Positions 38,061 to 48,179 of a DNA stretch of 64,000 nucleotides are shown in pieces. The notes beneath the pieces are model-generated. The model had not been told where the DNA came from and searched no databases. It was given only the letters and a program-made list of their open reading frames with translations. Within the stretch, counting starts at the first letter, position 1; the number at the start of each line of letters is the position of its first letter. The stretch lies in contig JASTWF010000033.1 of assembly GCA_030390025.1 (NCBI GenBank), positions 2,358,001-2,422,000 on the forward strand. The letters are read 5' to 3'. The DNA is from Squalus acanthias (Eukaryota). The position numbers and the translations under genes are program-made.

Positions 38061-40335
38061 AACATAGAAACATAGAAAATAAGAGCAGGAGTAGGCCATT
38101 CGGCTCCTCGAGCTGGCTCCGCCATTTAATTAGGTCATGGCTGATCATCCATATTCAGTACCCTGTCCCTGATTTCTCCATATATCCCTTGATCTCTTTA
38201 GCCTTAAGAAATATATCTAACTCCTTTTGAATATATTTAATGAATTGACCTCAACTGCCTTCTGTGGTAGAGAATTCCGCAGGTTCACCACTCTCTGGGT
38301 GAAGAAATTCATCCTCATCTCTGTGCTAAACGGCTTACCCCTTATCTTTAGACTGTGACCCCTGGTTCTGGACTCCCCCGCCATCAGGAACATCCTTTCT
38401 GCATCTAGTCTGTCTAGTCCTGTTAGAATTTTATATGTTTCAATGAATTCGCCTCTCATTCTTCTAAATTACATCGAATATAAGCCCAATGGATCCCATC
38501 TCTCCTCATACGTCATTCATGCCATCCCAGGTATCAGTCTGGTGTATCTTCGCTGCACTTCTTCCATTGCAAGAACATCCTTCCTCAGATAAGGCGACCA
38601 AAAGTACACATTATACTCAAGGTGTGGTCTCACCCACGCCCTCTACATCTGTAGCAACTCATCCTTGCTCCTGTACTCGAATCCTCTCGCTATGAAGGCC
38701 AAAATACCATTTGCCTTCTTAAACTCCTACCGCACCAACATGCTTACCTTCAGCGACTGGTGCACGAGGACACCCAGGTCTCGTTGCACTTCTCCTTCTC
38801 CCAATCTATTGCCGTTCAGATAATAACATGCCTTCCTGCTTTTGCCACCAAAGTGGATAACCTCGCATTTATCCACGTTATATTGCATCTGCCATGTATC
38901 TTCCCAATCACCCAACCTGTCCAAAACATATTGGAGTTTCTCGGCATCCTCCTCACAGCACACACGCCCACCCAGCTTTGTTTCGTCTGCAAACTTGCAA
39001 ATATTACATCTAGTTCCCTCATCTAGTTCATTAATATATATTGTGAATAGCTGGGGTTCTAGGACCGATGCCTGCGGTACCCAGTATTCACTGCCTGCCA
39101 CTCGGAAAAAGACCCGTTTATTCCAACTCTTTGCTTCCTGTCTGCCAACCAGTTCTCTATCCAAGTCAGGACCTTACACCCAATCACATGGGCTTTAACT
39201 TTACAGGCTAATCTCTGATGCGGGACCTTATCGAAAGCCTTTTGAAAGTCCAAATACACCACATCCATGGTTCTCCCTTATCTATTCTACGAGTTACATC
39301 CTCAAAAAATTCCATTGGTTAGTCAAGCACGATTTAGCTTTTGTAAATCCATGTTGACTTTTTCTGAACCTGTCACTGTTTTTCAAGTGCTCTGCTATTA
39401 CATCTTTTATAATGGACTCTAACATTTTCCCCACTACCGATGTCAGGCTTACCGGTCTATAATTCTACGTTTTCTCTCGACCATCTTTATTAAATAGTGG
39501 GGTTACATTAGCTACCCACGAATCCATGGGAACTGTTCCAGAGTCTAAATAATTTGGGAAGATGACCAGCATTGCATCTACTATTTCTAGGGCCACTTCC
39601 TTAAGTACCTTAGGATGTAGATTATCAGGCCCTGGGGATTTATCGGCCTTTAATCCCGTCAATTTCCCTTAACACCATTTCCCTACAATTACTGATTTCA
39701 TTCAGTTCCTCGCTCTCATTCGACCCTATGTTCCACGACATCTCTGGGAGGTTATTGGTGTCGTCCTTTTTGAAGACAGAACCAAAGTATGTATTTAATT
39801 GGTCAGCCATTTCTTTGTTCCCCATTATAAATTCCACTGATTCTGACTGCAAGAGACCTACGCTTGACTTCACAAATCTTTTTATCTTCACATATCTATA
39901 GAAGCTTTTACAGTCAGATTTTATGTTCCCTGAAAGCTTACTCTCATACTCTATTTTCCTCCTCTTATTTAATCTTTTGGTCCTCCTTTGCTGAATCCTA
40001 AACTGCTCAGGTTTGCTGGTTTTTCTGGCCAATGTATATGTCTTCTCATTTGATCTTATGCTATGCCTAATTTACCTTGTTAGCCATGTTTGCACCACAT
40101 TTTTTGTTTTAGTTTTATGCCAGACAGGGATGAACAAATTGTGTAGTTAATCCATGCGATCTTTAAATGATTGCCATTGCCGATTCACCATGAACCCTAT
40201 AAGTAACGTTCCCCAGTCCACCCTAGCCAACTCGCACCTCACACCATCGTAGTTACCTTTATTTAAATTCAGGACCCAAGTCTCTGAGTCAACTACTTCA
40301 CTCTCAATCTTAATGAAGAATTCTATCATATTATG

Positions 40336-43189
40336 TGTGGTAACACAATACAGCTTCCTGTGACTCGAACTTTATTGCATCACTTCCTGTGATTAGTCCA
40401 GGATAAATACTGGACTGATCAGTTGGATCCTGGAGAGGCATAGAGTAAGACCTCTTTTGTATGTAGCACCTTTTTAGTTGATTAAAGCTTACTTTAAGTT
40501 CACCACGCGTAAGGCTCATTCTTACGACAATTTAATCAACTTTGGAAAACTTCGCACTCAAACTTTTTGGACGAACTCGGAACTCAGGATCCAGGGAATC
40601 ACTCATCATGGAAAACATCCTTAAACCATCGCGTCTTGACTTGGACCCAAAAACCCCAGCAGCCGGTAAGTTGTGGAAACACTGGTACCGCACGTTTGAC
40701 AATTTTCTGGAATATTGCAAGGCTGATGATGACTCAAAGTTGCGGATACTCATCAACTGTGTCACCCCGAATGTATTTCAGTATGTGGAGGAATGGGACA
40801 GTTACGAGGAGGCAATTCGGACGCTTAAGAGACTATATACTAAGACACCGAATGAGGTCTATGCCAGACATCTACTAGCTACAGCCCAACAAGGGCCGGA
40901 GGAATCCATTGATAAATTCCTCCAAGAGCTTCGCAGACTTAGTATGGACTGTAACTTTCAGGCGGCCTCACCTGAGCTGTACCGTGAAGAAATGATCCGT
41001 GATGCTTTCATCTGCGGGCTTGCCTCCCCATTTATACGCCAGCGTCTACTGGAAAGTAAGACTCTTGAGCTTCAGAGAGCTTATGACATGGCTTGCTCTC
41101 TAGATCTGGCAAAAAGAAATGCAGACCTTTATACAGTGCCCAGACCTCGGTCTGCTGCCTTAACTACAGTCAGGCAATTTAAGAGGCCACAGGTGAACTC
41201 TATTAGGAAGGCCAGCACATTCCCACGAGACACAGCGGCTGTTGCAGCCTTTAACCTCCTGAAAAAACAGTTGGAGAAAGCGGCTCTTCACTCCATCGAT
41301 GAGAGTCTTCCTTTTGTTGTCGAGTGTGATGCCTCGGAGGTGGCGATCTCGGCCACTCTGAATCAGGAAGGTCGTCCGGTGGCATTTTTGTCCAGGACTT
41401 TAGAAGGGGCTGAGCTTCATTATCCTCCAGTCGAGAAAGAAGCTACAGCCATCATAGAGGCAGTACGGAAGTGGAGTCATCTCCTAGCTCGCCAGCACTT
41501 TACCTTAATCACGGACCAGCGATCGGTCGCCTTCATGCTCGATAATCGAAAACGGACCAAAATTAAAAATAATAAAATCCAGCTTTGGCGGCTGGAATTG
41601 GCCTCTTTTGGTTACACCATCCACTATCGACCTGGCAAGGAGAATGTGGCTCCGGATACCCTCACACGAGCATTCTGCTCCGCCATGGCACCCTCTACGC
41701 TCGTAGACATCCATGATGGGTTGTGTCATCCGGGCGTTACTCGCATGCTACACTTTGTGCGGTCCCGAAATCTCCCATTCTCTACCGGGGATGTAAAGAA
41801 GATGTGCTCGGACTGCAGAGTCTGTGCGGAATTGAAACCTCTGTTTTTCCGCCCTCGGGTGGTATACTCATACATGCGACCCAGCCAATGCAACGGCTTA
41901 GCATCGATTTTAAGGGGCCGTTGCCCTCTTCAACTCGCAACACTTATCTATTAACCATGGTCGATGAGTATTCCCGTTTTCCGTTTGCCTTTCCCTGCCC
42001 CAATATGCTGACGACCACGGTTATCAGCTGAATTGAGCAGGTATATGCTTTCTGTGGCATGTCATCCTATGTTCATTCGGATCGGGGCCCTTCTTTTATG
42101 TCAGGAGAACTCAAGGCCTATCTCTCGGAACGGGGTATTGCTGCCAGCAAAACGACGCCTTATCATCCGGTCGGGAATGGGCAAGTCGAGCGCTTTAACG
42201 CTATCATCTGGAATGCGGTACGTCTGGCTTTGAGATCTCGGGGCCTACCCAACCAGCAATGGGAAGCAGTACTTCCAGACGCATTACACTCCACACGGTC
42301 CCTCCTTTCGACCGCCCCAAATACGACGCTTCATTAACGGTTCTTCCGATTTCAGCGTCGCTCATCCTATGGGATATCTCTCCCGTCGTGGCTGACTGCA
42401 CCGGGACCAGTTCTACTCTGAAGATATGTCCGGGCGTCTAAGAATGATCCCCTGGTAGATGAGGTTGAGCTCACTGATGTCAACCCTACCTACGCCTATA
42501 TTCAGTATCCTGATGGTCGGGAATCTACCGTGTCATTGCGGGATCTGGCTCCCTGCCCGCTGAAACATAGGGGGACTCCAGGGGATGATATTGTACCAGG
42601 CACATCTCTGGGCTCGCCAGGTGCCTCTCATCACGATCTGGATCTGACGCCGGCTGGTACCTCACTCCAGCGTGCAGACCTGGGGCAGACTGAATATGAG
42701 CCCGTCGGGGCTCGCACGCGCAGCCACGATCCACCCTGTACCGTATGCTTGGAAACGGACCTGCCACAGCCCTGTCCGACACCCGTTCGGGCACCAGTAC
42801 ACAGTCAGGATCGTCCTGACCCCTCACAGAGCGGGCTGGATCACTCGGACTCTGGTCCACGGCCCGCGGCGGGTAAACAGGTTAGGGGCCCTCTACCGCT
42901 ACGAGAACTCAAACGGGTGCGGCTCTCCCTCGTCCAGCGGCTACGAAATGGAGGGAGCATCCCGGCCTCCTAATCTTTTGGGGGGGGGGGGAGAATGTGG
43001 TAACACAATACAGCTTCCTGTTACTCGAACTTTATTGCATCACTTCCTGTGATTAGTCCAGGATAAATACTGGACTGATCAGTTGGATCCTGGAGAGGCA
43101 TAGAGTAATACCTCTTTTGTATGTAGCACCTTTTTAGTTGATTAAAGCTTACTTTAAGTTCACCACGCGTAAGGCTCATTCTTACGACA
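40336..43189 (+). mobile_element. Gypsy-type LTR retrotransposon, internally deleted (no protease or RT)
   Basis: 194-bp LTRs (TG...CA) at 40336-40529 and 42996-43189 with 2 mismatches; PPT 42980-42995; TSD TTATG/TAATG; Gag, RNase H (CDASEVAISATLNQ, EKEA, TDQRS) and integrase (HDGLCHPG, CSDC..C, IDFKGP, VDEYSRF, HSDRGPSF, GNGQVER). Confidence 0.95.
40608..41954 (+). CDS. Gypsy Gag-RNase H-integrase zinc-finger fusion ORF (frameshifts out of integrase near 41860)
   Basis: Open from ATG 40608 (MENILKPSRLDLDP...WKHW); Gag runs directly into KASTFP...AFNLLK and RNase H. Confidence 0.75.
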   Translation: MENILKPSRLDLDPKTPAAGKLWKHWYRTFDNFLEYCKADDDSKLRILINCVTPNVFQYVEEWDSYEEAIRTLKRLYTKTPNEVYARHLLATAQQGPEESIDKFLQELRRLSMDCNFQAASPELYREEMIRDAFICGLASPFIRQRLLESKTLELQRAYDMACSLDLAKRNADLYTVPRPRSAALTTVRQFKRPQVNSIRKASTFPRDTAAVAAFNLLKKQLEKAALHSIDESLPFVVECDASEVAISATLNQEGRPVAFLSRTLEGAELHYPPVEKEATAIIEAVRKWSHLLARQHFTLITDQRSVAFMLDNRKRTKIKNNKIQLWRLELASFGYTIHYRPGKENVAPDTLTRAFCSAMAPSTLVDIHDGLCHPGVTRMLHFVRSRNLPFSTGDVKKMCSDCRVCAELKPLFFRPRVVYSYMRPSQCNGLASILRGRCPLQLATLIY

Positions 43190-43986
43190 TAATGATCGCT
43201 CCTCCCCAAGGGGCTTCGCACAATAAGATTGCTAATCAATCCTTTCTCATTACATAATACCCAGTCTAAGATGGCCCGATCTCGAGTTGTTTCCTCGACA
43301 TATTGGTCCAGCAAACCATCCCTTATACGCCCTAGGAATTCCTCCTCCACAGTAATGTTACTAATTTGGTTAGCCCAATCTGCATGTAGATTAAAGTCGC
43401 CCATGATAACTGCTTCCTGCTTATTGCACGCATCTTTAATTTCCTGTTTAATGTCATCCCCAACACCAGCATTACTGTTTGAGGATCTGTATACAACTCC
43501 CACGAACGTTTTCTGCACCTTGGTATTTCTCAGCTCTACCCATACAGATTCCACATCATCAGAGCTAATATCCTTCCTTATTATTGTGTTAATCTTCCTC
43601 TTTAACCGGCAATGCTACCCCACCTTCTTTTTCTTTTCGCCTATCCTTCCTGAATATTGAACACCCCTGGATGTTAAATTCCCGCCCTTGGTCACGCTGG
43701 AGCAATGTATCCGCAATCCCAATTATATCATATCCGTGTATATCTAATTGCGCAGCTTATTCATCCACCATATTACGAATTCTCCTCGTATTAACAAACA
43801 AAGCCTTCAGGCTTGTTTTTTTAAAACTCGGAGTCCTTTTAGAATTATTATTTACTGTGGCCCTGTTTGATTTACACACTTCATTTCTTTGCCTTCCACT
43901 TCTGCTTTTCGCCTTCCCGTCTTTTGCTTATATCCTTGCTTCCCTTTTCTCCGTCTCCCTGCGCAGGTTCCCAACCACCTGCCATT

Positions 43987-44932
43987 TTAGTTTAAACACT
44001 CCCCAACAGCACTAGCAAACACTCCCCCTAGGACATCGGTCCAAGTCCTGCCCAGGTGCAAACCGTCCAGTTTGTACTGGTCCCACCTCCCACAGAACCG
44101 GTTCCAATTTCCCAGGAATTTGAATCCCTCCCACTTGCACCATTCATCTAGCCACGTATTCATCTGAAAAATCCTTCTATTTCTTCTCTGACGAGCACGT
44201 GGCGCTTCTAGCAATACTGAGATTACTACCTTTGAGGACCTATGTTTTAATTTACCTCCTAATTTCCTATATTCAGCTTTGAGGACCTCAACCCGTTTTT
44301 TACCTATATCGTTGATACCTATATTCACCACGACAGCTGGCTGTTCAGCATCCCCCTCCAGAATGCCCTGCAGCCGCTCTGAGACACCTTGACCCTTGCA
44401 CCAGAGAGGCAACTATCCATGCTGGAGTCTCGTTTGCTGCCGCAGAAACGTCTATCGATTACCCTTACAATAGAATCCTCAATCACTATAGCTCCCCCGC
44501 TGTTTTTCCTCCCGTCCTGTGCAGTCGGACCATCCATGGTGCCAGAAAGCTGGCTACTGCTGCCTTCCCCGGATAAAACGTCTCCCCCCACAATATCCAA
44601 GCGGTATAACTGTTTGAGAGGGGGATGACCACAGGGGACCCCTGCACTACCTGCCGAGCCTAGTGCTCTGACTGGCGTTCACCCATTCTCTTCCTGCCTG
44701 TGCAGCCTTTACCTGCGGTGTGGCCAACTCCCTAATCGTTCTATCCACGATGTCCTCAGAATAGCCAATGCTCCAATATTTTTCAATTCGCAGCTCCAGC
44801 GCCGCTATGCGGTCTGCCAGTAGCTGCAGCTGGATACACTTCCCGCACACATGGTCGTCAGGGTCAAGGACGTGTCCCTGATTTCCCACACAGTGCAGGA
44901 GGAGCATGCCAGGGGCCGAGCTGTGCTGCCAT
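43987..44932 (-). pseudogene. CR1 ORF1 (zinc finger/leucine zipper plus SGNH esterase), frameshifted
   Basis: DDHVCGKCIQLQLLADRIAALELR; IVIEDSIVR; VVVNIGINDIG; YKLDGLHL. Confidence 0.85.
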
Positions 44933-45346
44933 GAATTCCCCTTTAATTAATTCAAATTAAATTAAATCAAATCAATACCACTAATTACACAACAATTATA
45001 TGATATACTCAAGGGCCCTTTTTCACTCGCACTCCCCGCTACACAACAGAGACCCTAGAAACTATAAACCACCAAATTTAAGTTTGGAAAAAAGCGACAA
45101 AGAGAGAAATGCTCACCAACCAATCATTTACCTGCTTTCTGGTGACGTCACACTTCGATTACTATTTACTTCTCTCTCTCCGCGCTCCTTAAATCCTCGG
45201 ACTCTGCGCTCAGTCTCCACCAAGGGCCGCTCTCGCTGCTGCTGCCGGTGAGTCTGGGCTGCTCTCTCTCACCCCAGTGCTTAATTCCTCGGTCTCTGCG
45301 CTCAGTCTCCACCCAGGGCCACTCTCGCTGCTGCTGCCGGTGAGTC

Positions 45347-48001
45347 ATTTGCAATATAACTATTATATTGCAAAGTGTTAGTCCAGTGTAATTTTCGATT
45401 GCATTGCAAATGATAATTATATTGGTGTGATATTCCATTGCAATGTTCTGTTGCATTGCAAATGACTATTATATAGCAACGTGATATTCGATTGCAATGT
45501 TCTATTGCATTGCAAATGATGATTATATTCCAAATTGATATTCCATTGCAATATGCTATTGCACTGCCAATTATGATTTCATTTTAAAGCGATATTCAAT
45601 TACAATGTGATATTGCATTGCAACTGACTATTATGTTGCACATTTATATTCCGTTGCAATTTGCTATTGCATTGCAAAATAACTATTATAATGCAAAGTG
45701 ATATTCCATTGCATTGTTATGTTGCATTGCAAATGACGATTATATTGCAAAGCGACATTTCATTCCAATGTGCTATTGCATTATAAATAACTACTATGCT
45801 GTTAAGTGATATTACATTGTAATTTTCTAATGCATTGCAAATGACTATTACTTTGCAAACTAAAATTCCATTGCAAAGTGCTATTGCAATGCAAATGCCT
45901 ATTCTATTGCATAGTGACATATCATTACAATGTGCTATTGCATTTCAACAGACAATTATATTGCAAAGTGATATTCCATTGCAAAGTGCTATTGCATTGC
46001 AAATGACAGTTTATTGCCAAGTTACATTGTTCTATTGCCTTGGAAATGACTATTAGACTGTAAAGTGATATTGCATTGCAATGTCCTATTGCCTTGGAAT
46101 TGACTTTAATATTACAAAGTTATATTCCATTGCAATGTGCTATTTCATTGCAAATGACTATTACATTGAAAAGTGATATCACATTGCAATGTACTATTGC
46201 ATTGAAAATGACTATTATATTGCAAAGCGAAATTGCATTACAACGTGCTATTGCTTTGCAAATAACGATTTTATTTGAAAGTAATATTCCATTGCAATGT
46301 CTATTGCATTGCAAATGACGATCATATTGCAAAAGCGATATTCCATTGCAATGTGCTATTGCATTGCAAATGACTATTGTATTGCAAAGTAAAAGCCATT
46401 GCAAAGTTTGTTTGCATTGCAAGTGACAATTATATTGCCAAGTGCTATTCCAGTGCAAAGTGTTATAGCATTGCAAATGACTATTATATTGCAAAGTAAT
46501 ATTCCATTGCAATGTTCCATCGCATTGCAAATGATGATTATATTGCAAAGCGACATTCCATTGCAATGTGCTATTACATTGCAAATGACGATCATATTGC
46601 AAAGCGATAGTCCATTGCAATGTGCTATTATATTGCAAATGACTATTATATTGCAAAGTAATAAGCCATTGCAATGTTTTATTGCATTGCAAGTGACAAT
46701 TATATTGCAAGGTGATATCGGATTGCATTTTTCTATTGCATTGCCAATGACTATTATATTGCAAAGTGATATTCCATTGCAATGTTCTATTGCCTTGGAA
46801 TTGACTATAATATTACAAAGTGATATTCCATTGCAATGTGTTATTTCATTGCAAATGACTATTATATTGCAAAGCGACATTTGATTAAAATGTGCTATTG
46901 CTGTGCAAATAACGATTTTATTGCAAAGTGATATTCCATTGCATGTGCCATTGCATTTTAAATGTCTATTGTATTGCAAAGTAATCTTCCATTGCAATGT
47001 TCTATCGCATTGCAAATGATGATTATATTGCAGAGCGATATTCCATTGCAATGTTATGTTGCATTGCAAATGACGGTTAGATTGCAAAACGATATTCCCT
47101 TGCAATATGCTATTACATTGCAAATGACAATTCTATTGCAAACTAATATTCCATTGCAATGTTCTATTGCATTGCAAATGACGATCGTTTTGCAAAGCGA
47201 TATTCATTTGCAATGGTTTATTGCATTGCAAATGAATTTCATTTTGTAAAGTAATATTCCACTGCAATGTGCTATTGCATTGCAAATGACGTTCACATTG
47301 CAAGGTGATATTCCATTGCAATGTGCTATTGCATTGTAAATGACTGTTATATTGCAAAGTAATTTCCATTAAAACATGATATTACATTGTAAATGTCTAT
47401 TATATTGCAAAGCAATATTCCATTGCAATGTTTTATGGAATTGCAAATAACTTTCATATTGCAAAGTGATATTCCATTGCAATGTTGGACTGCATTAGAA
47501 ATAACTACGATATTGTTCAGTGATTTTACATTGCAATGTGCTATTGCATTGCAAATAAGTATTATATTGCAATGTGGTATTTCATTGCAATGTTCTATTG
47601 CTTTGCAAATGACTATTATATTGCAAATTCAGAATTTATTGCAATGTGCCATTGCATTGCAAATAATTATTGTATTACAATGTTATATTAGGTTGCAATG
47701 TACTATCGCACTGCAAATAACTGTTACATTACAAAGTGATATTCCATTGTAATATGCAATTGCATTGCAAATGACTATTATATTGCAAAGTCAGATGCCA
47801 TTGCAAAGGGATATTTCACCGCAAAGCACTATTATATTGCAAAGTGATATTCCATTGCAATGTTCCATTGCATTGGAAATGACTTTTATATTGCAAAGTG
47901 CAATTCAATTGCAATGTTCTATTGCATTGCAAATGACGAATATATTGCAGTGATATTCAATTGTAATGTTCTATTGCATTGCTAATGACTGTTATATTGA
48001 A
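45347..48001. repeat. 54-bp satellite, block 2
   Basis: Same consensus and orientation as 36288-38060. Confidence 0.95.
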
Positions 48002-48019
48002 AGAAAATTTAAAGGGGCC

Positions 48020-48140
48020 ATTGTGATTAAGTAGGATTCTTCCGATGACTTTACCCGTGGCAGGCAGCAGGGTAACTCCTCTGCTATTACCGCAATCGGA
48101 TTTGTCACCTTTCTTGAAGATGTTCACGATTACGGCGTGG
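48020..48140 (-). mobile_element. Short RTE LINE fragment
   Basis: AVIVNIFKKGDKSDCGNSRGVTLLPATGKVIGRILLN, homologous to 52141-52260. Confidence 0.8.
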
Positions 48141-48179
48141 GATAGCAGGATGGTGTCTGGTAGCAAATAAATTTGAACT

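Larger units (their letters stand above)
38061..45346 (-). mobile_element. Near full-length decayed CR1 LINE (5' UTR, ORF1, ORF2, tail), interrupted by a Gypsy element
   Basis: (TTCTATGT)n-type tail at 38061-38077. RT motifs YLDFQKAFDKVPH, VPQASVLEPQLFTIYIN, KFADETKL; KSPGPDNLHP. Endonuclease motifs ESVWVEL, GDFN, ILDWVL, SDH. ORF1 follows. Many stops and frameshifts. Confidence 0.93.

Noticed and set aside
38045..45362. TSD around the long CR1 (cattgtaaataact / catttgcaatataact)
   Set aside because: Both flanks are satellite monomers, so the similarity is uninformative.
36288..48001. Repetitive ORFs (MTIILQSDIPLQCAIALQ)n as a repeat protein, or the satellite as a CRISPR array
   Set aside because: Open frames follow from a 54-bp period and are broken by frequent stops; there are no unique spacers or cas genes, and the context is eukaryotic.
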